The translations under genes and the position numbers were made by a program. From NCBI GenBank assembly GCA_964016885.1, contig OZ024743.1, positions 121,334,001-121,398,000 of the forward strand: a stretch of DNA of 64,000 nt. Direction: 5' to 3'. Each line of letters starts with the position of its first letter. Within the stretch, counting starts at the first letter, position 1. The notes under the pieces were generated by a model, which was not told where the DNA came from, made no database searches, and saw only the letters and a list, made by a program, of their open reading frames with translations. The stretch comes from Eledone cirrhosa. Lineage: Eukaryota. This document shows, piece by piece, positions 1-13,585 of the stretch.

Positions 1-278
1 ATATATATATATATATGTACATATATATGTATGTATATACAGAGTGATAGAGTGAAATATATTGGTGTGGTGTATACCTAAGAGAGTAGAAATGTGGACA
101 TCTGGTAACGCTACTTTGAATGTAAGTATTGAGAAAAAACCGAGGTACAGATATGTAGATATACATACATACATGCATACATTCATACATTCATACATGC
201 ATACATACATACATACATACACACATAAACACATACATATATGCATACATACACACATTCAAATATGTTTACATGTGT

Positions 279-488
<210 letters not shown>

Positions 489-1891
489 TAACTGATGTTT
501 TTGAAATACATTTTACGTTAGAAATTTTAATTATTTCAATCTTTTCAATTTAAACTAATAGCATTTATAAATCCGAAATTCTTATTTCACCATACCCCCA
601 CATACGTCTTGTTTTCCTGTTGTGGCAAACTAATTAGGGAAATGTAGAAAATGAAGATACTGCACACACGTAAATTTGTATTTACAATATATTACCACAG
701 CATGTGAGTGTATGTGTAACAATACCTATTCTTTATTTTCAATATGCATACACATTAGTGCTAAGGACGAATATATGTCTCCCTCGTTCGATATATATGT
801 TTGTATGTACGTATATGTGGGGGTCGGGAGGATGTCTGCGTGTGTTGGAGGAGTAGGGGGTGATTGCTGAATTGTTTTATCTTAATTTCTTCTATATAGT
901 TTTCTATGAAATTGCCAAAAGCAGAGAAGAGGAAGCGATGTGGAGTAATTTGGTTTGTGAAATCACATGAAGTGCCACGTTTTCAGCCAATCTCTAAGTC
1001 TGCTACTGATACTCAGTATCAATGCTGTTCGCTATTACTGCTAACTAGCAAATAGAGTAAATGAAATTTTTTCGAGCTAAAATCTATTTTCAAAAACAAA
1101 TAATTAAAATTCTATTTATCTGTTTTCCACACATTCTTCGAAACTGGAGACAAAATAAACCTTCTCTAAATATAATGGAAATTTATTAAATCTAATCTTT
1201 TATAACTAAATATTTCATTTCATTACTAGAGTTTAATTTGAGACACTTAATTAGAGAAAAATAGTTAATTTTATGTATCAATGAACAAATTAAAATATTT
1301 CACATTATTTACCGCCCACAGCGTTCACAGTAGACACAGGAGAGATGATATTTTATGTTATTTTATTCTTCAAGTTTGGAGGCATACAATATCCACCTTT
1401 ACAAAATCTGACTACTTACTATCTATTGAAGTATGCCTCACAACAGCTGTTTATTAAACTACTTGCCACATCCTTCAATACACATTAGCGTTATTGAAAA
1501 CGATACAATATTTCCTTGCAATTAATTCTCACCGATGAGGAGTGTATGTTCATTCCATGAACTTAGATCATAGGAGCAACATTTTATTCGAAGCACTTTT
1601 ATTTGAATCTCTGAATCACGAAAAGACGCCCTTTACAGTTTGGAGTAGGGGGTAGAGATATAATGAGAACATTATTACTGATAGAGCTCCTTGACATATA
1701 CTATCGAAAGTGTATAGATTGAGGGATTAATTGGGAGGGAACATAACTGACCAACTCTTTGTATATTTAACACCCATTGTGACACATCAGATTATAATTA
1801 GTTTTGTTCAATAACTAAGATTGTTTATATTAGTAGTTTACTCAGAAAATAATAGGATTTTGATGAGATTATATGTATAATATATCGAGTG

Positions 1892-2145
1892 TTTCTTCTT
1901 CTTCTTCTTCTTCTTCTTCTTCTTCTTCTTCTTCTTCTTCTTCTTCTTCTTCTTCTTCTTCTTCTTCTTCTTCACCCACATATTCCTGAGGGTCATTGGG
2001 GCAGAGTCCTCAAACACTCCTTCCAGCAGGTCCTGTCAGAAGAAACCGTCTCCAATTGATCCGGCTGTATCCCCAAGCGAGACCAGCCAATCTCATGAAT
2101 GTTTTTCAACCATCTTTCGCGGGGTCTACCTTTGGGTCTCTTGCA
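1892..2145 (-). mobile_element. 3' fragment of an RTE-clade LINE with a (GAA)n tail
   Basis: Minus strand reads KRPKGRPRERWLKNI...DRTCWKECL, the typical RTE C-terminal GRP..W/DR..W motif. It is followed by a short UTR and a long (GAA)n tract (CTT on +, 1892-1973). Confidence 0.75.
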
Positions 2146-4284
2146 AGTGTTACACTAATATGAAATATATTCAAATTAAAAAGGTAACGAAATAGAACTG
2201 ATAAATACAGTAGTTTTCTCTCCTAACTGTTATTTATTCTAATTAACACTACTATCTGAGAGAAATACCGAGGAACAACTAGATGGCATCTGCTTGAATA
2301 ATTGAAGCAATGCTAAATCATATCTGTCTCATTTTGATTACTTTTGTTTATATTCTATTGAGTTGTATAACCCTTATGCAGTTGGACATTTTACCCCATA
2401 ACAAATATTATTAATGAAAATACTATAGACAGTAATAATCATCGTTTGGATCTTAAAGAAAATAAGTGAAAGCAGTCTTTATCTTAATATAGACTTGCTT
2501 TCACTTATTTTCTTTTAAACAAAATCTTTAACAAACATATTCGGTTTCTTCAGCCCTCAGTTATCCAATCCCAGCTCTTCCTAACTACTCTCACACATAC
2601 TCTACGCCGGACAGAAATTTGCATCGGCTTTCATTTCTAACAGTCAATATTATGTATTACTTTGTTTCTACACATAAGATATGAAATTACCAATAACTTG
2701 GCAACAAATACTGAGAAATATTTGAATTCAAACATGGTATCATTGTAAAAAAAAAAAACCATGACATGAGCCAAAATTTCCTATAAAATTTCCTTATTTA
2801 ATATTATTTCTAAGAACATTATAGTATTACCAAAAGCCATTGTAATAAGGAATTGCTTTTAACAAATTTGGTTTGTACTAAAGAAAATTGTTCTCTAAAA
2901 TAATTTGAAACAAACATACTTTTTCTCTTATAAAGCATAACATTAAGTCAACATCTCACACAGGATATAACAAATTCCATTGTGCCAATTATTTTTATCG
3001 AATCTTATATTCGTTCCTCGTTCTTTATCTATCTCTGCAGGAAAGCCATATATTAAACTGTATTACTCTAAACACCAATAATTCTGCATCTTTATTGCTG
3101 AAGTCTTTATGTGCAGCAATTAGATACGTTTTCAAGATAGCATCCATTCTGCACAGATTAGTATCCACATGCAGCTTGTCAGTGCAAAATTGTATACATT
3201 TTATTGTGGCATTGTGAACGTTGCTTACAAGAGAATGCTATTTTACTATGCATCGTTGTCTGAGAAGGAAGTATGCAATAGTAAAATACATAGATGCTTA
3301 AAAGGTTTATGAAAAGGAAAATCAAATGATTTACTTTGTCTATTTCTATAAACATAAGAGGAGCAAAAGAGAAAGTATGTACATTTTGAAGAATTGGTGT
3401 ATGTATTCAATGCTTTTAATATATCTGAATTGATAAAAAAATATATATTGATAAAATATTATTAATCGAAAAATATTAATAATCGATAATTAAACATAGA
3501 AAATTTACTATGAAAAACACGAGAAAACTTTTTGAAAAAAAAATTAATAGATTTTTTAATGAAAATATTCTAGAAATAAATCATTTATCAGGAAATATTA
3601 GTTGGAAATAATATAAGAACAAAACAATGTGGCGGAACAATATTTGGGGATGGATGTTATCTTGGCTGCAAGCCAACTCATTTTGGAAAGAAATAATTTT
3701 ATCTTCGATCGAACTCTGACGGAGCGATTGTGAGCCAGAAGGTCTCAGTGGCAATATCACTAAAACTTCAGTAGAATACATTGGTTGGACGAAATAGAGA
3801 TAACATACAAACAAAATAGATTTTTTTTGATTTTAAGTGTTTTTTTTATCATTATATTTTCTATTTTTGTTTTTTTACATGTTTATATCTTTGGCACTGG
3901 ACAATTTGCAATGCAAACAAACAGAGTAGCTGTAAATCTTCCGATGTAATTCGCAAAGTTCAAAAGTGATATTGGAAGATAGATAAAAATATCGCTTACG
4001 GCAAAATATTTCTGTTGGTCATGGGCAGCAAAAGAATTATAAATACTCGCCGCTCCCATCAAAACCTCGTCAAATAGTCCATTGATTTTTTTTTTATTTC
4101 GCGCCCAACAAAATGTCGATATTCATAACAGGATCTTAAATATATTATGTGTCGTTTATACTCTCTCTTTTTCCCAATTCATCTCTATATATAAACATAT
4201 ATATGCATATCCATACACACACGTATATGTGTGTGTACATATATGTATGTATATATATATATATATGTATTATCTATCTATCTA

Positions 4285-4334
<50 letters not shown>

Positions 4335-4434
4335 TACACATATGTATGTATGTATATATATATATATATGTGTGAGTTTGTGTGTGTGTGTGTATTTCTT
4401 TGTGTGTTAGAGCGTGATGGTGTATCTGTGAGTG

Positions 4435-4688
4435 TATAACCTCTTTTACTCGTTTATTGTTTTATTGATTTGAGTCATACGACTGCGGCCATCCTGGGGT
4501 ACCACCATGAAATCATTTACTACATAATTTACTAATCTCTTTTTATCGAACAGGGCAATAAACACAGACACGCGGATAAACACAAATACAAACATGCACA
4601 CACATACATACATAAACACATACGCACGCTTTTCTGCAGTTTCCGTTTACCACAACCACGCTTTGATAGTGAACCCGAAAGTACGAGG

Positions 4689-4745
<57 letters not shown>

Positions 4746-5060
4746 GTATATATGACTGGCACTCCGTCGATTACGACGACGATTGTTCCGGTTGATTCCA
4801 TCGACAGAGCAGCCTGCTCATGAAATTAACGTGCAAGTGGGTGAGCACTCTACCGACATGCGCATCCCTTAACGTATTTCTCAGGGATATTCAGTGTGAC
4901 ACAGAATGTGACAAGGCTGTCCCTTCACATTAGAGGTACAACATATTTTTGCCAGCTGGGTTGACTGGAGAAACGTGAAATGAAGTGTCTTGTTCAAGGA
5001 CAAAACGCACAGCCTGAAATCTAACTTACGATCGTGAACCGAATGTCCTAAGCACTAAAC
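4435..5060 (-). mobile_element. Two degenerate SINE copies (~4435-4690 and ~4750-5060) separated by (TA)n
   Basis: The 4960-5050 segment is the reverse complement of the tRNA-like SINE 5' part seen at 9915-10030 (gtccttgagccagacactttatttcacgttgctcc). The 4435-4690 piece resembles octopus SINE sequence as recalled. Confidence 0.6.
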
Positions 5061-5142
5061 AACGTCCCTTCCCACATTGTATATATATAATATGTGTGTG
5101 TGTGTGTGTATGTGTGTGTGTGTGCGTGCATGTGTATCTGTA

Positions 5143-5216
<74 letters not shown>

Positions 5217-5282
5217 AGTGTGTGTGTATGTGTGAAAGTGTTTGTGCGTGTGTGTATGCATGTGTGTGTGTAAATGTTTATG

Positions 5283-5328
<46 letters not shown>

Positions 5329-5600
5329 AAAATGTAAAAATACATTCTAAATAATATTTTGGTATGATAGACAATTTAGGAACAAAGTATTCGTATCTTC
5401 ATCTTTTGTTCTTTATCGACACCTATCCTCGACTATACGTGCGAACACCAATGCCAATATACCGGCATATTTACATATTTAAACATATATGTATTTTTCT
5501 GGGGTATCAAGTAGAATATAGTATACCTGTCGATGTACAATGCTGCAGTGTGCGTCTGTCTCTAAGTTCATGCGTTTGTGTGCGTAAGTAAGTATGTATT

Positions 5601-5634
<34 letters not shown>

Positions 5635-6052
5635 TGTATGTATGTATGTGCATGTGTATGTATATATATATTTGTGTCTGTGTGTGCTTGTATATATGTG
5701 TGCATAATATATGCGTATGTATGCCACTGGATGTCTGTGTAAATTATATGTACGTAAGATTGTGCATGGGCCTATGTGTTTGAGGAATACATTTTAGACA
5801 CTGTGCATATAGATATATATAATAATCGAAGCTAATTCTTATACCATCTGTCTTTGTTCAAATATAATTTACTGTGGGCTATATTTAATTTAGCATTGGA
5901 TGTTACCACCCTACTAGTTTTGCTCTATGAAAGCTAACACACGTGCACAAACACTGTCATGTACACATGTATACATACACACAGTATGTGGTTTTGAGTA
6001 TATATAGAAATACACAGACCCGATATAAGCATTAAACAATCTATCTATCTAT

Positions 6053-6680
6053 CTAGGGCGGGTACAATTCCCGAGATCCATGGACGAGTTCTCTCCAGCG
6101 GTCTTTGTCCCTCATTATCGCTGCCATGTCCTGCGTCTCCAACAGACAAGTGTCTGTCCTTAGGGCATCAAAATATGTTAACCTTGGTCTTCCGCTTCCA
6201 GTGTGTCTATGCAGGGGCTCCCACAGCAGCACTGAGTGCAATGTCAACTCTGGATGTCGGTGAGCATATCCAGCTAACCTCAGTCCCCTCTGTGTCACTT
6301 TGAGCTGACTTTTGGGAGGCTCCCATACAGCTCTGAGTTTTTCATCTTCAGTGTATACTGATTAATGTTCAGAGCCATCGTTAGCATTCTCGTGTAGCAC
6401 CCATCCACCATCTGAGTGAGTTTCTTGGTCAGTGTCCAAGTGTCAGACCCGTACAGCCGCACAGACCCCACTACAGCAATGAAGAGGCGGATCTTCAGAT
6501 CTTCACGAAGTTCCTACTTCCACACCGATCTCAAACTGTGGCACGCCACCCAAGCTTTGCTCTTCCTCTCAACCACATCATCTTCCGTATTCCCAATCTT
6601 TGCTCCCAAATACAGGAAGTTCTAAACTAATTTCAGCGGCTTCCCGCCTACATTAGTAATCCCCTCTGGCTTCTCAACAT
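6053..6680 (-). mobile_element. 5'-truncated, frameshifted RTE-clade LINE
   Basis: Minus-strand remnants FLYLG..I, LYGSDTWTLTKKL..VDGCYTRMLTMALNI, LRLAGYAHRH, GRPRLTY, DKDRWR. Ends in (AGAT)n. Confidence 0.85.
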
Positions 6681-7376
6681 TCTCTACCAGACATTGCATT
6701 AAACAATATAAGTACTTATTAGAGGTAATAAGGGGAAAGGAGAGAAACTTTTCCAGCGTTGGATTTAATATAGGCCAAATGGTAAAAATTTAAGTTTTTA
6801 AAACTAAATTGATAAAAAAAAATTGTCGAAAATTTGCATATAAATATGTTGCCCTACTTGTAAGTAAATTATTTGAAATTTAACAAAATGTGGTGGCGTC
6901 TGGCCTAGGGGATGATCTAATAAAAAAAAACTATTATTTTAATTTTGGCTTTATATTCTTAGTTTCTTATCAGTTAGGCAATAAAACGGTTGAACGTCAT
7001 AATTGTTAGGGTGTGTTTGGGACATCAGTTGGTCATAATCCATTCCTGATCATAGACACTCATATACACGTTTAAGTATGATGTTTCTCTGAAAGGAAGT
7101 GGGGGATATGCGTGTTTATTGTGGTGTGTGAACTAAATAAAACCATATTTCCTACATTATGTATGGATTGATAAACAGATAATTCTGAAAATGTAATATA
7201 TATATGTGTGCGTGTGTGTGTGTGTGCGTGTGTGTGTGTGCGTGTGTGCGTGGGGGGTGCTTATGCTATATATATATATATATGTATGTATCCAAATACG
7301 TATAGGCACACACAAACACCCTCACACATGCGTGCATGAATGTGTATATATATATATATATATATGTGTATGTATG

Positions 7377-7462
<86 letters not shown>

Positions 7463-7761
7463 TAGATACATACAGTAGGAGCACAGAGGCATAGTTCTGT
7501 GTTAAAGAAGTTCGACTTGAAAACGCATAATTCCGAAATGAATCCTGCTACGAGGTACTTTTGAGTCTTCTAATGTAGCCTCTGTTTGAGCAATGCCTTG
7601 AGGAAGAAATTCGAGAGTCGGAAACTTGGCAACAGGCTTCTCTAACCATAGTTCTCAATACTAAATTAAACATTTAAAAATAAAAACAACATGGCGAAGC
7701 AACCTGGGAAACCGGCTATTTGTTAATTTGCAGTTCTCCGATCCTGTGTCATTATATATAT

Positions 7762-8151
7762 GAAGGGCGGTGGATTGGCAGTATCGGTAGAGGGTCGGAC
7801 GCCATGCTTTGACGCAGAGAGTTACGGCCCTTGCCATTCTGAGTTCAAATCCCGCCGAGGTTAACTTTGCCTTTCATCCTTACGGGGTCGATAAAATAAA
7901 GTACCAGTAATGCACTGGGTAATTGCTGGCCTTGTGCCAATAGTAGAAATAATTATATATATGAAGGGCGGTGGATTGGCAGTATCGGTGGAGGGTCGGA
8001 CGCCATGCTTTCCAGCATAGTTACGTCCCTTTACGATCTGAGTTCAAATCCCGCCGAGGTTGACTTTGCCTTTCATCCTTACGGGGTCGATAAAATAAAG
8101 TACCAGTAATGCACTGGGTAATTGCTGGCCTTGTGCCTAAAGTAGAAACAA
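7762..8151 (+). mobile_element. Head-to-tail pair of tRNA-derived SINEs (Nin/Deu-like core, resembling the octopus OK family)
   Basis: A-box-like tggcagtatcgg, B-box gagttcaaatccc, core gcctttcatccttacggggtcgataaa, tail gtagaaacaattat. The 12-mer attatatatatg occurs at 7751, 7952 and 8151. Confidence 0.9.
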
Positions 8152-8389
8152 TTATATATATGTATATTATATATGTATCATAGGTAACGAATTGGCAGAG
8201 TCGTTAGTACGTTGGATAGAATGCTTTGCAGTATTCGTTCCGGCTTCCTACACTCTGAGTCCAAATCTCGCTGTGGTCAACTTAGCCTTTCAAGGGCTAG
8301 TATTAGGGTCGATTCTTCCTCTATATCTCGTTCTCAATTCCTTTCTATCACTTTCTATCCTTCTCTGGAAGAATTCTGCTGGGTTCAGA

Positions 8390-8896
8390 CCTGGAGAGAT
8401 GTGTTCCACCAGGTTTTAAAAAGCCCCACGAAACACCTGGAGAGATGTGTTCCACCAGGTTTTAAAAAGCCCCACGAAACACCTGGAGAGATGTGTTCCA
8501 CCAGGTTTTAAAAAGCCCCACGAAACACCTGGAGAGATGTGTTCCACCAGGTTTTAAAAAGCCCCACGAAACACCTGGAGAGATGTGTTCCACCAGGTTT
8601 TAAAAAGCCCCACGAAACACCTGGAGAGATGTGTTCCACCAGGTTTTAAAAAGCCCCACGAAACACCTGGAGAGATGTGTTCCACCAGGTTTTAAAAAGC
8701 CCCACGAAACACCTGGAGAGATGTGTTCCACCAGGTTTTAAAAAGCCCCACGAAACACCTGGAGAGATGTGTTCCACCAGGTTTTAAAAAGCCCCACGAA
8801 ACACCTGGAGAGATGTGTTCCACCAGGTTTTAAAAAGCCCCACGAAACACCTGGAGAGATGTGTTCCACCAGGTTTTAAAAAGCCCCATGAAACAC
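8390..8896. repeat. Minisatellite, 11 x 46 bp (cctggagagatgtgttccaccaggttttaaaaagccccacgaaaca)
   Basis: Units start at 8390, 8436 ... 8850. They are identical except for one c>t change in the last unit, and there are no spacers. Confidence 0.97.
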
Positions 8897-9059
8897 AGTT
8901 TCACCCACCGCAAAACGATAAACAGCAAAGGTGACTTCTGCAGCATTTGAGCTCAGAGCATAGAGAACCACAACAACATCTGAGACATTTATAATCCAAC
9001 TCACTAAGGAGTCGGTAAATTCCCCTTCCTGTCAGTTAATCATGCACGTAAACTTGGAA

Positions 9060-9350
9060 CCAACGCAACACACTTCCATACAGTACATGCAAAAACAAAA
9101 ATTAGATTGTATTACATTTTCGAATAGAATTTCAGATTAAATGACCAATTATGGACACTCTCCTAATATCAGAATATAAACCACTAATTAACACATACAC
9201 CAGACGTCAAACCAATTATTGAGAAATCATAAATCAGGTATCCACGATCTCCTACCACTCCCATGACACTTTACAACAATTGCTAAGCACCTAACCAACT
9301 ATTATGATCAATGTAATTCTGAAGATGAGGCTGTGAAGACTTCGCGACGT
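9060..9350 (+). mobile_element. Degenerate Penelope-like element 3' end
   Basis: DTLLISEYKPLIN at ~9154 resembles the GIY-YIG C-terminal E.LLI...KP.LN motif. A decayed ctgaagatg...cgcgacgtt hammerhead-like box follows at 9319. Confidence 0.45.
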
Positions 9351-9470
9351 TAATGCACACACGGATTCAGGAAGGCTACCATTCCAATCTTAGTGTAATG
9401 AAGAGTCGTGTTTGTGTTTTTAATATAGGATGTTTTGAAGAAAAGCTGTTTCTTATATATAGAGAGAGAA

Positions 9471-9505
<35 letters not shown>

Positions 9506-9513
9506 AGAGAGAG

Positions 9514-9569
<56 letters not shown>

Positions 9570-9654
9570 GTGTGTGTGGGGGGGGGGGTCTGTGTAGTCA
9601 TAAGAGTTTCCGATGATTAGATAGAGGAAAAAGAGTGCTCTGTTAGGAATATTA

Positions 9655-9840
9655 TTGGATTGGCAGTATCGGTAGAGCGTCAGACACCATGCTTTGCAGC
9701 GTAGAGTTATGGCCATTTACATTCTGAGTTTAAATCCCACACAGGTTAAATTTGCCTTTCATCCTTACGGGGTCGATAAAATAAAGTACCAGTAATGCAC
9801 TGGGTTATTGATGGCCTTGTGCCTAAAGTAGAAAAATTAT
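9655..9840 (+). mobile_element. tRNA-derived SINE, same family as 7762
   Basis: Near-full-length match to the 7762 copy. Confidence 0.88.
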
Positions 9841-9914
9841 TATAAATAAATTCCCCACTGAGTTGCATGATACCTATTGTTTCAAATTTTAATCTAGCAT
9901 AGGTCTAGTGAAGA

Positions 9915-10040
9915 TGTGTGGCTGAATGGTTAGAGAATTGGATTCGCAATCGTGAGTTTTGAGTTCAATTCCCGAACTGGGGGGTGCGTTATGTCCTTGA
10001 GCCAGACACTTTATTTCACGTTGCTCCTTCTACCTGGAGT
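9915..10040 (+). mobile_element. 5' part of a second tRNA-derived SINE family
   Basis: A box gtggctgaatgg and B box gagttcaattcc, followed by gtccttgagccagacacttt. Confidence 0.65.
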
Positions 10041-10217
10041 TGCGACCGATAGATAGTATTAGCAAATGGAAAGACCAATGGAAACATTGTTTTCTCGGTC
10101 CGATTTGACGAAGGTAGCTAGTTTTGCTGATCTTGCTATTGCTTTAAAAATAAACAACTCTAGCATATATACGGTATCTACCTCTAGCACCTATGTTAGG
10201 TAACAAGCAGCTGTGTT

Positions 10218-10278
10218 TATTCACATCTGACGCACGTTTCGTGATCCATCAGTTCAATAGCTCATCAGACTTGTGAAA
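10218..10278 (-). ncRNA. Type I minimal hammerhead ribozyme motif (Penelope-associated type)
   Basis: Minus strand: ttcacaagt-CTGATGA-gctattgaactgatggatcac-GAAAC-gtgc-GTC-agatgtgaa, overlapping/followed by AATAAA. Both core boxes and the GUC triplet are canonical. Stem I is ttcaca/tgtgaa with a 2x2 internal loop. Confidence 0.7.
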
Positions 10279-10654
10279 TCTCTGTCTCACCCTATATAAA
10301 CCTATATATATATATGTGTGTGTGTGTGCGCGCGCGCGTTGTTGGTTTGTTCACGAACTACTCCTATAGTTTTGGAGATAGACCCCCATAACCATATATA
10401 TTCTGAAACTAAATTGCCCAGGGTACTTGGATAAGTATATTTCACTTTAATCAAAGGGTTCCCAGGGGGCACAAAACCTCCGCTGAAAAATTCTTCCCTT
10501 CGATTTATATGAAATTTAAACCATACGTAAATGACAAGATATGATGCCTATTCACAAAAGTTTTGAATTGATATTTTGAAAAAAATTATTTACAAGAAAC
10601 AAGATAAGAATAAGATTTAATAATGTAATTTTGATAATTTTGATATTACAAAAA

Positions 10655-10978
10655 ATAATTGTTTCTACTTTTGATACAAGGCCAGCAATTATCCCAGTGT
10701 ATTACTGGTACTTTATTTTATCGACCCCGTAAGGATGAAAGGCAAAGTTAACCGTTTTCCAATGTTTCATGCAATACATTTTACATTGAGCAATAATTGT
10801 TTCTACTTTAGGCACAAGGCCAGCAATTATCCAGTGCATTACTGGTACTTTATTTTATCGACCCCGTAAGGATGAAAGGCAAAGTCAACCTCGACGGGAT
10901 TTGAACTCAGATCGTAAAGGGACGTAACTATGCTGGAAAGCATGGCGTCCGAACCTCTACCGATACTGCCAATCCACT
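10655..10978 (-). mobile_element. Two SINE copies (partial 10655-10755; near-full 10793-10978)
   Basis: Reverse complement of the 7963 copy. Confidence 0.88.
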
Positions 10979-11091
10979 AATGAAATGCAGAGTTTTTCTC
11001 CATAAACTATATCACTGATTTAAAATCAATCATCATTTTCTTACAAAAAAAATGTGTGAAACGCAGCAAGGCGCGGGTAAATCGGCTAGTG

Positions 11092-11127
<36 letters not shown>

Positions 11128-11286
11128 CGTGTGTGTGTGTGTGTGTATGTGTGTGTGTGTGTGTGTGTGTATGTATAAATATATATACATATATATATGT
11201 GCATAAACATATAGTTTATATATATATATATGCATATATATATTATATATATATTTATGTATATATACATATGTGTGTTTGTGTGT

Positions 11287-11320
<34 letters not shown>

Positions 11321-11405
11321 ATATGCATGTATACATACACACGCACACACACCCATATATATAGTCGAAACGGCTTGAGCTCTGCCGTCGGGGTCATACT
11401 TTTTC

Positions 11406-11461
<56 letters not shown>

Positions 11462-11464
11462 ACC

Positions 11465-11496
<32 letters not shown>

Positions 11497-11763
11497 AAGA
11501 GAGGGAGAGGGAGAGGAAGAGAGAGAGAGAGTTCGTGGAGATTGATGCATGCTTAAATATTCGGGAATGTAAGTAGTGCAATGACGACAATGTGAACAAG
11601 CAGCATGAAATATAGACAATGGAATTTTTTTAAATATATACTAAATATAATTATTTTTATAAAACCAAGGAAATATAAGTATTGCAGTGGAAAGATTGGG
11701 AAGATTGTAAGGCGAGTTGAAGGCGAATAACGACTGTGGGGCTTTTACAAATATATGTAGACT

Positions 11764-11800
<37 letters not shown>

Positions 11801-11954
11801 ACGTGTGTGTGTGTCTGTCAGTGTGTGCGTGTGTGTGTGTGTGTGTGTTTGTATGTGTACGAACATACATATATTTATTTAGTTATATTCAAACTCACAA
11901 GCGCGCCCTTGGGCGCTCACACACATACACACAAATACTCACAAACACAGATAC

Positions 11955-12021
<67 letters not shown>

Positions 12022-12228
12022 TAGATATATAGATAGATATATATAGATATATAGATAGATATATAGATAGATAGATAGATATATAGACAGATAGATATAT
12101 AGATATATAGATATATAGAAAGATAGATAGATAGATAGATAGATATATATAGATAGATATATAGATAGATAGATAGATAGATATATCAAAAGTGGGACAA
12201 GTACAATGGGGGGAGTTTACAAAACAAG

Positions 12229-12290
<62 letters not shown>

Positions 12291-12569
12291 GCAGATAGAT
12301 CGATTGATTGATTGATTGGTGGATAGAAAGATAGATAGATAGATAGACTTGGAATTGTTTATCCAACTAATATGTTAGATATATGTGTATAGAATCTCAA
12401 AATACATTTTTGATCTGAAAGATATACAGAATCTATGAAGAAGTAGGTGTATGTTGTAGGAAATACAGACATTTTATAAACATGTGGCTGACACACATGT
12501 ATATACCTTTGCCTCCTCCTTTCTCTCCCTCTCTCTCCCTCTATCTGTGTCTCTTTCTCTCTCTCTCCC

Positions 12570-12609
<40 letters not shown>

Positions 12610-12620
12610 ATTCTTTTGCG

Positions 12621-12764
<144 letters not shown>

Positions 12765-12826
12765 CTTATATATATATATATATATACTTATATATATATA
12801 TATATACTTATATATATATATATATA

Positions 12827-12877
<51 letters not shown>

Positions 12878-13057
12878 ATATACATGCAAATATATATCCT
12901 AGAATGAGTGGGAGTGAGAGAGAGAGAGAGAGGGAAGTGGGTAGGTAGGCAGGTACGTATGTATGTTCATATGTACTACGTGCGTAGGTGGGTATGTATG
13001 TAGCCAGGTAGGCAGTAGATAGATAGGTAGATAAGTAGATAGTTCGATAGATAGATA

Positions 13058-13585
13058 TGTTTCTTTATTAGCCACAGGGGCACAAAAGAAGGGGACAAAT
13101 ACAAAGGGGGAAGTTTACATACAATAAAAACGTGTAAAATATTATCACAAATGCAATTTAAAAATTCGTCGATTTTCCCCAATAGGGGGAGACATTACAT
13201 ATGGGTAACACATACCCCCGAAAAAAAAAATGTGCAACCCTCATCTCCAGGAGTATGAAGAGTTTGTACTCCTTTCCTCTCCTCCTCCTTTTCCTCGATA
13301 GATAGACAGACAGATAAAGACAGACAGATAGATGGATAGATATGTTTCTTTATTTACTACAGGGGCGTACAAAAATGGGACATTACAAGACGTGACGGCT
13401 GGGGTTTTACATAAAATATTTAACAATGATGAATAACAATAAACTATATCTAAAATAAAACAATCGAAATCCCCATTAAGGGGGAACGTTACTCCGGGGT
13501 TGTTTTACAACCCTCAACACCAGGAACACGTTTTGTAGGTGTTCCCGTCTTCCCTCTGTTTATCTTCCTCAACCTACAGGTTTTA
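13058..13585 (-). mobile_element. Two short 3'-end fragments of Tx1-like LINEs embedded in (GATA)n
   Basis: Both start gatagatatgtttctttatt(a/t)..(c/t)acagggg on + and contain cccca(a/t)ta(g/a)ggggg. This matches the 3' UTR of the Tx1-like element at 37925-38080. Confidence 0.7.

Noticed and set aside
3040-3814. Short open frames after a plausible acceptor at 3040 and a Tc1-like TKQCGG word at ~3620
   Set aside because: No donor site or conserved motif set; too short and degenerate to call.
7762-7860. tRNA gene suggested by A and B boxes
   Set aside because: It is a SINE head: no clean cloverleaf, and it is always followed by the SINE core and tail.
8390-8896. Possible CRISPR array
   Set aside because: The units are contiguous and essentially identical with no unique spacers. 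There are no cas genes and the context is eukaryotic.
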